Shown piece by piece: positions 29,546 to 39,720 of a stretch of 64,000 nt of DNA. The position numbers were made by a program, and so were the translations under genes. The stretch lies in the IMG/VR virus record IMGVR_UViG_3300021171_000005, positions 29,866 to 93,865 of that record; one strand, given 5' to 3'. Below the pieces are notes generated by a model that was not told where the DNA came from, did no database searches, and saw only the letters and a program-made list of their open reading frames with translations. Within the stretch, counting starts at the first letter, position 1, and the number at the start of each line of letters is the position of its first letter. This DNA is from a virus.

Positions 29546-29788
29546 CTATTTTTTCCGTTTGCGGGGTGGCGGGATAACCTCAATCGCCTCGCCCGGAAGA
29601 TCGTAGTCAGTCTCTCCGGTCCCCGCGTTCCATGTCTGAAAATTACTCTGAGTTTCCTTCTGGATTTCCTCAAAGACTCGTTGCTTCTCTACCATGAGTT
29701 CTTTGAGTTTAATACCGGCCAATTCTGTTTCAAAATATGCGCGGTTCAGGCGCATCAATTGCAGTTCAGTTAGTTTTAATTTAGACAT
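29546..29788 (-). CDS. Hypothetical protein
   Basis: 80-aa ORF coupled to the MazG-like gene. Confidence 0.5.
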   Translation of the reverse strand: MSKLKLTELQLMRLNRAYFETELAGIKLKELMVEKQRVFEEIQKETQSNFQTWNAGTGETDYDLPGEAIEVIPPPRKRKK

Positions 29789-30135
29789 TAGAATTTCTTC
29801 CCTCCGGGCTGCATCCGCGCTTCATGCGTGTGATCAGCCCTTTTCATGTTATATGACATTTTCTCTTCGAAAGCTCCATCGAGGTCGTACCCGTATGCCC
29901 CGCAATAATCAAATATCCGGATCAGGACATCCGCTAATTCAACTTCAGCCATGCGGCGATGCGGGAGTTTATCGTCCGGCAAGTCCTTGCGCTCGCCTTC
30001 CAGAGCTTCCGACAGCTCGGAATGCATAAGAGCAATCATTTCTCCCTTGTTACGGGAGATTGTATGCCCGGTTGCGGGGTCTTGCCACCATTTCTTGTTG
30101 GCTTCGTGACATCGTTTACTCAAGTCATTAAGCAC
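29788..30135 (-). CDS. MazG-like NTP pyrophosphohydrolase
   Basis: ALMHSELSEALE...EVELADVLIRIFD...EKM.YN. Confidence 0.85.
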   Translation of the reverse strand: MLNDLSKRCHEANKKWWQDPATGHTISRNKGEMIALMHSELSEALEGERKDLPDDKLPHRRMAEVELADVLIRIFDYCGAYGYDLDGAFEEKMSYNMKRADHTHEARMQPGGKKF

Positions 30136-30490
30136 TGTACACCCCTGTTCTCGGTTTTCTGGTATTGAAAATACCCCGTACTAAATTCTCTACTAATGCG
30201 GGGTCCTCTAGCTTCGCCACCCAATTATCCATGACTGTCTGAACTTTGTCCGGAAGTGGATTTTCTTGATACTTCTGCTTCGTACGTTCCCTGATTGCCC
30301 TATTCTTCTTTACTCGCGTCAAATTCCTTTTCTTGTAATAGCACGCCTCGCATAATCCTTTAGCCTTGTGCTTCCTCTCTGGATGGCACTTGGCTATTTT
30401 TATTGTCGGCTCGTGAATATTCTTATAGCACGGTCTGCACAAAGTATAAGCGTAGTGGCGTCGATCTGGATGACACTCCGCGTATTTCAT
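30128..30490 (-). CDS. Zn-finger repeat protein (homing endonuclease N-terminal-like)
   Basis: Two CHPxRxHxAxxLCxxCY repeats. Confidence 0.55.
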   Translation of the reverse strand: MKYAECHPDRRHYAYTLCRPCYKNIHEPTIKIAKCHPERKHKAKGLCEACYYKKRNLTRVKKNRAIRERTKQKYQENPLPDKVQTVMDNWVAKLEDPALVENLVRGIFNTRKPRTGVYSA

Positions 30491-30867
30491 TTCTTCTCCG
30501 CAATTAACGAATTGAGAGTTTTCATCAGCTTGATACATCCCTCGCCCTTTGGAGGCCGGTCATCTACAAGATTCCCGGTTTCCAAAGCATCCAAGATAAT
30601 TGCGAGGCAGGCCATAGCATGTCCTAGATGATGAACCCCGCTATCCTCCGCTTGTTCCTCGCCTTCCTTCCAAAGCATTACATGTCGTTCTAAAGCATCT
30701 AAATAAATGCTGGCCCGTACTTTCTTTGACCGCCAGTTGAAACTTGAATATTTCCTCGCACCATCCATCATCGCGTGCGCTAAATGTAAAGTGGCTGTTG
30801 TTGGTATAACGAAGGTGGATATCTTCTTAATCCCTAGTAAATCCTTGGGATTTGTTTCGTCGGACAC
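30487..30867 (-). CDS. dATP/dGTP diphosphohydrolase domain protein (DUF5664-like)
   Basis: NPKD..G..K...GARKY..FNWR...YLDA..RH...W..GE...DSG.HHL.HA. Confidence 0.85.
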   Translation of the reverse strand: MSDETNPKDLLGIKKISTFVIPTTATLHLAHAMMDGARKYSSFNWRSKKVRASIYLDALERHVMLWKEGEEQAEDSGVHHLGHAMACLAIILDALETGNLVDDRPPKGEGCIKLMKTLNSLIAEKK

Positions 30868-30875
30868 GTCATCTC

Positions 30876-31358
30876 CTAATTGATAAAGGCAGCACTTCGT
30901 TTCGGTGACCCAAAATGATGGGCTATGAATTCAACGGCTTCTTCCGTGGTATTGAGATAATGGGATACTGCTTCTTTTACAAAAGGATGGTTGAGCATCA
31001 ATTTATTTGCGGGGTGGACGACCGCGATAATCGGCTTCTTCATCTCCCACGCCCATGCCAGCTCGCAGATTGTTCCTAGCAATGGGCGGGGCGAGCCGAA
31101 GCTCTCCAAATGCATCAGAATGACGTCGGACGCCACGACATCGTGGTAGTCTCGCAGGATGATGTCCTTCGACGTGAGATTAGGATCGGTAATGCCGCCG
31201 TCCGGAGATTCGAGGGCAAGATTCTCTTTGCCCCGCATTGGAGAAAGAACATCAAACTCATGAGCCTCCAGAATGGGAGTTACTTCAATTCTCCACAATA
31301 AAGATTCGGGATAATCAGTAGAAATCAATCCTGCCAAATATATAGTCTTGCGTTTCAT
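30876..31358 (-). CDS. Nucleoside 2-deoxyribosyltransferase-like protein
   Basis: IYLAG...WR...RD..DV..SD...GT..ELAWA...KP. Confidence 0.8.
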   Translation of the reverse strand: MKRKTIYLAGLISTDYPESLLWRIEVTPILEAHEFDVLSPMRGKENLALESPDGGITDPNLTSKDIILRDYHDVVASDVILMHLESFGSPRPLLGTICELAWAWEMKKPIIAVVHPANKLMLNHPFVKEAVSHYLNTTEEAVEFIAHHFGSPKRSAAFIN

Positions 31359-32305
31359 ACCAGTTCCTTTTCAATCTCCTCTAGAATTGCGGGGTTCTCG
31401 TCCAAGAACGCTACAGCATTAAATCTTCCTTGCCAGCGATTTTCCCCGTAAGTCATCCACGCCCCGCTCTTGCTCACAACCCCCGCAGTAACCGCCATAT
31501 CAAAAATATCTCCAGAGCGGGAGAATCCTCGGTCGTAGAGCAGATCGAATTCTGCAACTTTGCTAGGGGCCGAAACTTTATTTTTCTGGATTTTAACTTT
31601 TGTTCTTGCTCCAATTACTTCTTCGCCGTTCTTGATTGCTCCCGCTTTTGAGACTTCCAGACGCATACCCGCGTAGAAGCGTAAGGCTTTTCCTCCCGTG
31701 GTTGTGGCCGGGTTTCCGTACATAACACCGATGCGGTCGCGCATCTGGTTAATCATGATGAAAACGCAATTGGACTTGTGAACAAGTGCAGTCAATTTGC
31801 GCATAGCCTGAGACATCATGCGGGCTTGCAGACCCATCTGAGCATCACCAAACTCGCCTTCAAGCTCGGCGCGAGGAACCAGTGCTGCTACGGAGTCCAC
31901 AACAACAACCGCAATATCTCCGGACTCGACCAAAGCCTTAGCAATTTCTAGAGCCTCTTCCCCGCAGCTTGGCTGGCTGATGAGAAGATCGTCTACGTTT
32001 ACGCCCAATTTGGCGGCATGGTCCCGATCAATTGCATGCTCTGCGTCCACAATTGCACAGAGTTCACCACCCCGTTGGGCTTGCCCGATTACTGACATGG
32101 AAATGGAAGTCTTACCGACCGCCTCTTGGCCAAAAATCTCGATCACGCGACCGCGAGGAAATCCACCTACCCCGGTAGCCGAATCGAGGCTTGGTATGCC
32201 CGTAGAAATGACTTGAACCGGAACGTGCTCGGTATCTCCCATACGAATAAGTGCTCCAGCTCCAAATTGTTTGTTAATTCGAGCTGTCGTTTCTTTGATA
32301 GTCAT
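31355..32305 (-). CDS. recA: RecA recombinase
   Basis: GRVIEIFG..AVGKT; VDSVAALVP; LQARMMSQAMRKL; INQ.R; TTGGKAL.FY. Confidence 0.97.
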   Translation of the reverse strand: MTIKETTARINKQFGAGALIRMGDTEHVPVQVISTGIPSLDSATGVGGFPRGRVIEIFGQEAVGKTSISMSVIGQAQRGGELCAIVDAEHAIDRDHAAKLGVNVDDLLISQPSCGEEALEIAKALVESGDIAVVVVDSVAALVPRAELEGEFGDAQMGLQARMMSQAMRKLTALVHKSNCVFIMINQMRDRIGVMYGNPATTTGGKALRFYAGMRLEVSKAGAIKNGEEVIGARTKVKIQKNKVSAPSKVAEFDLLYDRGFSRSGDIFDMAVTAGVVSKSGAWMTYGENRWQGRFNAVAFLDENPAILEEIEKELV

Positions 32306-32313
32306 AATCCTCG

Positions 32314-33069
32314 CTAGCAATTCGTCGTGCGAGCGCCATCCTCGCACTTCACAGCCCGACCCCAACCTCCGCAATCAAGACATTGAAAGCGACGGTATCG
32401 ACGAGACTGCGTAATCGTGAATCCACGGTATTGAATGTTCTTTGAATTACATTTCGGGCAAAATGCGCGGTTGACTACAGTGAAATTAGGATGATTGCTG
32501 ATCCAAGGACGCAGCCGGAGATATAGCTTTTCCAGCAACAGAATATCTTTCTTGTTGTACTTCACCATTAACGCCCATGATTTAGGATCACCTTCAATGC
32601 ACCCCTGCCACAAATCGAAGTCCGTCTTAATCTTTTTCTCATTCTCAAGTAGCGCGGACAAATCATCCAATTTATTGCTATTGAATCTTGCTACCTTCTT
32701 CGTCGCTTTCTTGGTATCGATGGTCTTAAACGGCTTCGGAGGTTTCAACCCGTGAAAGATAAATCGCGCTTGGAATACTTTTATATCGAATTGGTCTCCA
32801 TTGTGCGCAACAATAATATCAGCTTCGTTGACTAAAGTCCACAGGTCTTTCACCAATTTCTCGTCATTGTACGATCCGGGGCGATAGCCTTTGAAATCCG
32901 GCAAAGCCTTTGCGAATACCTCTTTCTCATCTAGCCATTTGGCTGCGTAAGTTGCGAGGCAGGTCTCCTGTTTGAATCGAATGATATTCTGTTCATACTT
33001 GCCCCATGAATATCCAATGTTGGGGAATGTCTCCAGATCGAGAAAAAGTATTCTAGGTCGTTTTTGCAT
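32314..33069 (-). CDS. DEDD / RNase H-like 3'-5' exonuclease with C-terminal zinc ribbon
   Basis: LDLET; HNGDQFD; YNKKD; CPKC...CLDCG. Confidence 0.85.
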   Translation of the reverse strand: MQKRPRILFLDLETFPNIGYSWGKYEQNIIRFKQETCLATYAAKWLDEKEVFAKALPDFKGYRPGSYNDEKLVKDLWTLVNEADIIVAHNGDQFDIKVFQARFIFHGLKPPKPFKTIDTKKATKKVARFNSNKLDDLSALLENEKKIKTDFDLWQGCIEGDPKSWALMVKYNKKDILLLEKLYLRLRPWISNHPNFTVVNRAFCPKCNSKNIQYRGFTITQSRRYRRFQCLDCGGWGRAVKCEDGARTTNC

Positions 33070-33079
33070 TGGGTCCTTT

Positions 33080-33790
33080 TTAGAATCTATGCCCGAGGGC
33101 GAAGCCGATACCAATTCCGATGCCAACCTGCTTTAATGCTGTTTTAACTTTTCCAAAGAATGTTGGCTTCGCTACGGCCAATTCTGCTTTACATGCATCA
33201 TTTGCTTTCTTGATTTGATCATTGAGTCCTTGAATTTGCGCGGCCTGCGTTGTATTCACCGCCGCGCAACTCGTTAACTGCTTATTGAGATTATCCTCCA
33301 CTGTATGCCCAGCCAATACCTCCTGATGCAGCGAGTCAACCAATTCTAAGTTCTGTACGGTCGTCACCCCGGCTTGTCCAGATACGGACAAATTCTCTCC
33401 GGCGGGTTGCACATCTTGGGGATTGGCCGAACTAATCAGCGTCCGCCACCTAGCCGCCAGCTCCGCAATTGTAAGAGTTGAATCTACTTTCTGTTGTTGC
33501 GCGGTTTTGTCCTTCAGCGCCGCAATTTGCGTAGCAATTAACGCATTTTGCGTAGACATTTGCGCGGCAAGTTGGGTGTACGCTTGTTGCGAGGCGGCGA
33601 CTTGCTGGGCGAGCTGCTGGTTCTTGGCTACCTGATCATCTAACACTTGCTTCGCAACGGCAGCGGCAGCCACAGCTTCGTCGTGTCTGTGGTTCTCAAA
33701 CTTATTCAACAAGAATAGAAATACACCGAGCCCCGCAAGAATCAGGAAAATCCTCTCGTGAGCTTTTATGAATGTAATCCAGCCAATCAT
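33080..33790 (-). CDS. Membrane-anchored coiled-coil protein, possibly spanin-like
   Basis: N-terminal TM, Q/A-rich coiled coil, C-terminal hydrophobic GIGIGIGFALG; near the lysozyme. Confidence 0.45.
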   Translation of the reverse strand: MIGWITFIKAHERIFLILAGLGVFLFLLNKFENHRHDEAVAAAAVAKQVLDDQVAKNQQLAQQVAASQQAYTQLAAQMSTQNALIATQIAALKDKTAQQQKVDSTLTIAELAARWRTLISSANPQDVQPAGENLSVSGQAGVTTVQNLELVDSLHQEVLAGHTVEDNLNKQLTSCAAVNTTQAAQIQGLNDQIKKANDACKAELAVAKPTFFGKVKTALKQVGIGIGIGFALGHRF

Positions 33791-34417
33791 TTACGTTTCC
33801 TTCCTTCGTAACGCGGATTGGGCGGGCGGTTCTTTTAAATATTCTAGTACATTTGTTAGCCAGTCAATCTTATCGATTCTGCCCAATTTTCTATTACAAC
33901 CAGCCCACCGTCCTCCGCATAAAAGCCCACGAACAGTATCTTTTTTAGGCTTCTTAGTTCCGTGCTCGTGGTCTACTTCTATCCGACATCCGTTACCATA
34001 TCCGGGTTTGCCCGGTCTATAATCACCTAGAGGTTTTTTGCACGCCGCACACAAACCCTTTTGAAAATCATATATTACGAAGAATTCTTCTAATGTTATT
34101 CCGTAGTGACTTCTTAAATGTTTATCTCTTAAACATGCCCGACAAGAGTAACTAGATGTTCGTCCCCATAATTCGGTATCGTGCCCTTGAGCGCAAAATC
34201 GCTTGCGGGTGGCTTGTCTTCCACAAAACCAACATTGGGTAGACTTTCCCCTAATAAGACTAGTACTAGATATTTTCCCATTCTGGCCGCATTCGCACTT
34301 ACATCTCCAAAACATACCACCATTACTACTTCGCTGAGTATGCGGCCCCGTGACTGTCCACTTTCCGAACTGCTGCCCGGTTAAATCTTTACTTGTTGAC
34401 TTTTCGCTTTTTGTCAT
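33791..34417 (-). CDS. Endonuclease VII-like homing endonuclease
   Basis: DLTGQQFG.WTV...W.C.C.CG; YGIT..CAAC..VDHEH..VRGLLC. Confidence 0.85.
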   Translation of the reverse strand: MTKSEKSTSKDLTGQQFGKWTVTGPHTQRSSNGGMFWRCKCECGQNGKISSTSLIRGKSTQCWFCGRQATRKRFCAQGHDTELWGRTSSYSCRACLRDKHLRSHYGITLEEFFVIYDFQKGLCAACKKPLGDYRPGKPGYGNGCRIEVDHEHGTKKPKKDTVRGLLCGGRWAGCNRKLGRIDKIDWLTNVLEYLKEPPAQSALRRKET

Positions 34418-34673
34418 ATTTCTTAATGCCTACCATTTTCTCTAAACCACGTACTTCTGCTAATCTGCGGCCAACCTCAATACCACACCTGATAGCATCT
34501 GCCATAACCGTATAATTGTCGTTTTCGTCCTCAAACATTGCGTCTACCAAGAAATGAAATGCCTCGCTATGCATGAGAGAATCTTCGATATCAGGCAATT
34601 GCTCGAAAGACAGTTCGAATACTTCCTCGAACATGTCAATCAATGGTTGGTCGATTTTGCAATCGCATCCCAC
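34389..34673 (-). CDS. Hypothetical acidic protein
   Basis: ORF packed between neighbours. Confidence 0.45.
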   Translation of the reverse strand: MGCDCKIDQPLIDMFEEVFELSFEQLPDIEDSLMHSEAFHFLVDAMFEDENDNYTVMADAIRCGIEVGRRLAEVRGLEKMVGIKKYDKKRKVNK

Positions 34674-34924
34674 TAGTTAAGCCTTTCCGGATCAGATAAA
34701 TTTGCAATAGCCAGCGACACGGACTGGCACATCTCAGTTACGATGTATCGCATTTGTTCATCTGATAGCGCGGCGACGATTGTCCGTTCCGAGAACAACT
34801 TGATTAAATTGCGCAGGGATTCGGTTTCTTTATTCGCCGTATCGACACGGCCCCGCAAATAAATAATGTACGCCGCCAATACGGTAAATCCACTTCCGGA
34901 CAATCCCGCCAATAAGATGAGCAT
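34673..34924 (-). CDS. Small membrane protein
   Basis: N-terminal TM segment. Confidence 0.45.
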   Translation of the reverse strand: MLILLAGLSGSGFTVLAAYIIYLRGRVDTANKETESLRNLIKLFSERTIVAALSDEQMRYIVTEMCQSVSLAIANLSDPERLN

Positions 34925-35145
34925 TACTTACCTTTCTTGGTCTTAGGCTTCTTCTTTTCTTTGCGGGGCGGCCCGAACGCCTTCTCCCACATCTCGTTCG
35001 TAATCTTCGAACTACCAGCCGGTAAAGTGAACGACCCTTGCAAATATTTCATCGTCCTCTAATTCCTTTGCTCTGTCATATTTATCGGCCAATCTCTGAA
35101 GCACCACGAAAAGATCGGCATCTTCATACACATCGTCTATCTCAA

Positions 35146-35565
35146 TCACTTCCACTCACCCGTTCTTATTTGTTCACTTAATCTTTGGGCGCGGTCGCCT
35201 ACTTGTTGCGCCCACACCGAATGCAGCATTTCCGCAGCCGCCGCCTCATAATTCCCTTGCTGGATGTATTCAAGGGTTTGGCGGAATTTTAGAAGGCCCT
35301 CGACGCCCATGTTATAGGCCATATTCGTGATAGCGCCTTGCCGCGCGGCGTCCAGCTCCGCAAACCAAGGAAGCTGTTGCTCTAGTTGCGTGGTAATTCT
35401 ATCCACGCGATTCTGCGTTAAAATGTCGGATTCCGCTTTAGTGATTCCGCAATTAACACGGGCATCAATGCACACGCCAACGCCAATCGTGGTATAACCT
35501 CGACTGTCTGTATAAGCATGAAGGACTTCTCCTTCATCTCGGCGAAGCTGATCTATGATATTCAT
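35146..35565 (-). CDS. Endolysin, T4-type lysozyme (GH24)
   Basis: DEG...Y.D..G..TIGVG; NMAYNMG; S.WA.QV..RA.RL. Confidence 0.92.
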   Translation of the reverse strand: MNIIDQLRRDEGEVLHAYTDSRGYTTIGVGVCIDARVNCGITKAESDILTQNRVDRITTQLEQQLPWFAELDAARQGAITNMAYNMGVEGLLKFRQTLEYIQQGNYEAAAAEMLHSVWAQQVGDRAQRLSEQIRTGEWK

Positions 35566-36095
35566 TAGTTTGGATATCCAGTCGAATCCTCGACGGCCTC
35601 CACAGTTTGCGCGGCAAATTCAGTAGGCTCCCCGAATGGCAGAACCATCTGACTACGGCGGTCAAACTCCGCATTTGCCTTATATCCTTCGGCTAGAGCT
35701 TCATCGATTGCTTCTTGCGCGGCGGTGTTAATTACAAGTTTTTCTGCTCGCTCTGCGATGATTTTCTTAGCGGTATTAGGCTTAACATAAGAGTATGTAT
35801 AGAAATCTTTTCCGCATTCTCGGGAGCAAACCCAGACAATATATTCATCGTCGAAAGGGTTGGGATAAATCCTATGAAAACCTTCGTAACCATCAGGCAG
35901 GGTGGAGGAATCTTCTTTCGCCCGAATATGATCCCATGTAATGAAACTCGCGTTTTCGTGTCGGGCGGCGCATCGAGGAGAATCACAAATTATCCCAATC
36001 GTTTGGGATTCAGTGACTCTATCTTTATCGGGGCTGAATACTACCGTCTTGCCGTCTACTTCTACACTGACTTGTCTTGTAATTTTAACGCCCAT
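35565..36095 (-). CDS. Hypothetical Zn-binding protein
   Basis: CDSPRC...CSREC; contains QMVLPF. Confidence 0.5.
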   Translation of the reverse strand: MGVKITRQVSVEVDGKTVVFSPDKDRVTESQTIGIICDSPRCAARHENASFITWDHIRAKEDSSTLPDGYEGFHRIYPNPFDDEYIVWVCSRECGKDFYTYSYVKPNTAKKIIAERAEKLVINTAAQEAIDEALAEGYKANAEFDRRSQMVLPFGEPTEFAAQTVEAVEDSTGYPN

Positions 36096-36485
36096 TATTC
36101 TCGCTCCAAAACTACTTCGCTATCCCACTCAAACACCTTGGCAATCGATCCAGCCACGTCGATAGCTTTGCGGTGCGCCTCGTCTCGTGAGTCCGCTTCG
36201 ACTTCGATGTAATCTTCAGCTTTTACATGTACTGTATATTTCATATATTTCCTTTAATATAGCGTATAACTATCAAATCCACAACGAGGACAGAAATAGT
36301 ACTTATCTTCACTCACATAATTGAATTCTTTGCTGAGGCAAATGGGGCAGTCGGGCAGTTTTTCATCGGCCTCGCATTCATAAACAATTGCCTGAATTCT
36401 CTTGACTTCGATTGGCTGGCAGCCCGAGCAAAATGGGCTAGTCTCCCCCTCGATATCTCTGGGAATGTAAACCGAGTGCTGGCAT

Positions 36486-36698
36486 CTACGCATTGTCCCC
36501 GGCCTCGATCAAATCCCTCCAATACTCGTCCCGCCATTTCTTACTATCATTACAATTAAATAAATAGTCCCACAACATATTGCCGGGTTCGTTTTTGTAT
36601 CCCAATTCCTTGACGGCTTTGCGATACAACCGTTCTTGTTCGTTGGCCAGTTTCTTAATTGCGAGGCGGTATGTGTCTGCTACTTTACGTTTGGTCAT
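36486..36698 (-). CDS. Hypothetical protein
   Basis: 70-aa ORF coupled to neighbours. Confidence 0.45.
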   Translation of the reverse strand: MTKRKVADTYRLAIKKLANEQERLYRKAVKELGYKNEPGNMLWDYLFNCNDSKKWRDEYWRDLIEAGDNA

Positions 36699-37018
36699 GA
36701 TTTATTCCACTGCGGGGCGCGATCTTTATGTTCTCCCTTGGGTCCTATGTGACATTTTGCACAGATCATTATTGAGTTCTCCAAGCTAATATCTCCGCCG
36801 CGCCCACGATGTTCTTTTTCGTGCATATGACCTCTGCCAAGCGGCCCCGCGCAATAAGCACATTCTCCGCCACTGCGTCTCACTAACTCGGCCCGTATTT
36901 CCGATACCGCCTCGCCTCTGGGCCATTCCGCAACCAATTCTGTCGGCAAATAAAGAGCGCGAGCCGGGTATTTAAAAATCCGAATCGGTTTGCGGGTCGA
37001 GGGATTGATCTCGCACAT
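36695..37018 (-). CDS. HNH endonuclease
   Basis: CAYC...HMHE..HR..GG...N....C..CH. Confidence 0.7.
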   Translation of the reverse strand: MCEINPSTRKPIRIFKYPARALYLPTELVAEWPRGEAVSEIRAELVRRSGGECAYCAGPLGRGHMHEKEHRGRGGDISLENSIMICAKCHIGPKGEHKDRAPQWNKS

Positions 37019-37712
37019 CACTCGATTTCTTGAGGACATCGGGCTCCTTATCCGCCAAATAAGAGGCTGTCCAGCGCCACAAGATTTCCTTCCGGATGTG
37101 TGAGGCGCTGTTGTCATTCCAACGGTCAAGAATAGGTAGCGGTGGATCATCAAGGCACGCTGTTTTAATCGCACGTTCCCATTCTGCCTTTTCTTCGGCG
37201 CTCATATAACAACCGGCAAGATCCACCCATGCACCGGTTTCAAACTCATTGCGAAACTCATATTCCCCGGCTATTTGCTTATCGAATTCCTGAATGGTGA
37301 CTTTGGGGTTCTTAGCTTTTGCGAGGAGTTCGTCGGTTGGCTTCTTCCCGTCAGCCTTCTTCATGGCGGAAGCAAGCTTAGAAGCCTTAGACATGCCCAT
37401 GTCGATTACATCTTGCGGGGCGGCGACATCGAGGAGTTGTTCGGCGATTTGCGCGGTTGCGTATAATTTTGTCCGGCCAGCGTGTTGGAATTTCTCCGCC
37501 AGTGATTTGATAAAGGCGTTGTACCCGCCGTAGCCAAGCGGCTCCCATAATTTGTTCTCTCGAACATCTTGCAACATCACCCCGAGCCGGACGAAATCCT
37601 TGTCCAATTGCGCGGATTGCTGATCGATATCCGTCAGCAATTTGGTTAATTCAACTTGCAGACGATTGGCTTTCTGGGAGTCTTGCTCGATTACGTTTTC
37701 AACGACGCGCAT
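36972..37712 (-). CDS. Hypothetical phage DNA-binding protein
   Basis: LG..L..VR..KLW..LGY..Y..F pattern. Confidence 0.5.
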   Translation of the reverse strand: MRVVENVIEQDSQKANRLQVELTKLLTDIDQQSAQLDKDFVRLGVMLQDVRENKLWEPLGYGGYNAFIKSLAEKFQHAGRTKLYATAQIAEQLLDVAAPQDVIDMGMSKASKLASAMKKADGKKPTDELLAKAKNPKVTIQEFDKQIAGEYEFRNEFETGAWVDLAGCYMSAEEKAEWERAIKTACLDDPPLPILDRWNDNSASHIRKEILWRWTASYLADKEPDVLKKSSDVRDQSLDPQTDSDF

Positions 37713-38746
37713 AGCAGTCTTTTGGCTCCGGCTTCGAGGTATATTGGTTGGCCTTCCGAATTGGCGTTTAGCAAAACGTCACCGGAGACCTCATTAAAGA
37801 ATTCCTGCAACTGATGCAGCTTAATCCCGAACTTAAATGTATCGAATAAAGGGTCTGATTCTATTGAAATTGCGGGGATTGCATCCTCACCAGAACCGTT
37901 ATTTCCTACTGCATTTAGTATAACATTGGTACTTCCAATAGTCAATGTAATTCTATCGTTTTCTTTATCAACGATGGGTTCAATACGACGTAAGGCTTCT
38001 TTCATTTCTTGCGCGGCTATTTTGGATATAATAGAGAATGTCTTTGGAATGATGGAATTACAGTTGGGAAATTCCTTAGCTAATTGCCGGGCAACGATAA
38101 TCGCGGGGCCGGACTTGAAATACAGATTCGTGGTATCTTGGTAGATCGTGACGACCTCGCCCCGCAAAGCTTTGGTGGCCTGAATGACTTGGACGGGCAT
38201 GATGAATGAAAATGGCGGGGCGGCGCTAGGCATATCCACGATTCCCATGCGTTTGCCATCGGTGCCGTAGGCCGATAGCGTTTGTCCGGAACTGGATAAG
38301 AGGACAGACCCCGTATAGGAAAACTGCTGACCCGACTCCGAGGCCGACGCCGCGTAATTCACCATCTCATTGAACTGTTTCGTATCCAGAACACAGACTG
38401 CATTCAGGGGAAGTGTGATCTTTGGGATTTGCGGGGTCGCGAGGATAGGAATAGTCAGCTTCGACTGTTTTCGTTTCAGTTGTAATTTGCTAATAAGCTC
38501 CGGGTTTGTTTCGACCTTGCCGAGACCATTCAGCAGGGAGATATCGATTTCGTCATCCAACCGCCCGGCAATCTGTGAGAACTTCTCCGCAGAGACACCA
38601 AACGTACCCATATCCGGGCATATAACACCGACTGTTATATTTATCCCGACCGCGTAGGCGAGAGACCCTGCAAAGATCAAGGAATCAGTTTTAACTGTAC
38701 CTAAGACCTTCACTACGTCCTTCAACTGCGTGGCCGGGATTTTCAT
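37691..38746 (-). CDS. dnaN: DNA polymerase III beta-clamp-like protein
   Basis: ~350 aa; GTDGKRM (cf. ATDGHRL); ARQLAKEFPNCNSIIP; three-domain layout. Confidence 0.8.
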   Translation of the reverse strand: MKIPATQLKDVVKVLGTVKTDSLIFAGSLAYAVGINITVGVICPDMGTFGVSAEKFSQIAGRLDDEIDISLLNGLGKVETNPELISKLQLKRKQSKLTIPILATPQIPKITLPLNAVCVLDTKQFNEMVNYAASASESGQQFSYTGSVLLSSSGQTLSAYGTDGKRMGIVDMPSAAPPFSFIMPVQVIQATKALRGEVVTIYQDTTNLYFKSGPAIIVARQLAKEFPNCNSIIPKTFSIISKIAAQEMKEALRRIEPIVDKENDRITLTIGSTNVILNAVGNNGSGEDAIPAISIESDPLFDTFKFGIKLHQLQEFFNEVSGDVLLNANSEGQPIYLEAGAKRLLCASLKT

Positions 38747-39367
38747 TTATTTCTCGTCTTCCAAATCCAAACAATCATCAAACGTCAATCCAGCTCGTTT
38801 TGCCGCATCAGTAGAGCACAGAACCTTAGCAGCTGCTTTTCGATTCCCGAGTAAAGCAAATTGCCGCGCAAGTTCCCGAGAATCGCATCCTTTGTCAACC
38901 TTGCCACCGCCAAGGGACGCTCCGAACATAGGACCAGTTGCCCCGCCGGAATATCCTTTAACGCAAGGAGAGGTTGGAATTGCTTCAGGAGCGTAAGCAA
39001 GTGGGGTGTTTCGTTCTTGCTTATAGTTTAGGGTTGTGTCATTTCCACTGCTATTGTTGGATTGCTGCTGTTCCTGTTGTGCGGATGAGACCCCGCCTTT
39101 ACCACCTTCTGCCACGTTGGTATTGGTGTTAGATGAATTGCCGGAGTTTTTAACAACGCCGCCGGTGGCTTCTGCTAATCCGCCTTCGGCAATTGCTGAC
39201 GAAACAGAACTAGAATTACTTTCCGAGTTTGCACTAGAAGTAGCTTCTGAATTGATTACTGAATTATTCGTTGTTGGGGGTGGGGTTTGCTTTGGCTTAC
39301 ACTGCTTTTTCTCGTGTGCAAAAGCCGCCGCGCAAATCACAAGAATAACTACCACATTACGAAACAT
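38747..39367 (-). CDS. Secreted low-complexity protein
   Basis: Signal peptide ending AFA; S/N-rich; C-terminal Cys cluster. Confidence 0.6.
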   Translation of the reverse strand: MFRNVVVILVICAAAFAHEKKQCKPKQTPPPTTNNSVINSEATSSANSESNSSSVSSAIAEGGLAEATGGVVKNSGNSSNTNTNVAEGGKGGVSSAQQEQQQSNNSSGNDTTLNYKQERNTPLAYAPEAIPTSPCVKGYSGGATGPMFGASLGGGKVDKGCDSRELARQFALLGNRKAAAKVLCSTDAAKRAGLTFDDCLDLEDEK

Positions 39368-39720
39368 GCTTCTCCTTTACGTTTTTACGCACTTCTTCTT
39401 AAAATCCTGCCAGATCACGCCTAGTGATTTAAGCCTGAGACGATCCGCCGTAGTTCAATTTGTCCTCGTCCAGAAACGCCTCGAATATATACCGCACTTC
39501 CTCGCTTTGTGAAATGCACCAAGTCTCGTGGCGGATTACGCCCCCGCAAACCTCGCAGGCCGATTCCGCCGCGTATTTATTCGAATGCTTCACTCACCCA
39601 GTACCCATCCGAGAAATTTGTTGATCATGTAGACGAGCCCCGCAATTAAGAAAATTCCTGCAAGCGTAATTCTATAGGCATTCATCCGATAATTAAACCA
39701 TGAATAATCCAATAACGCAA

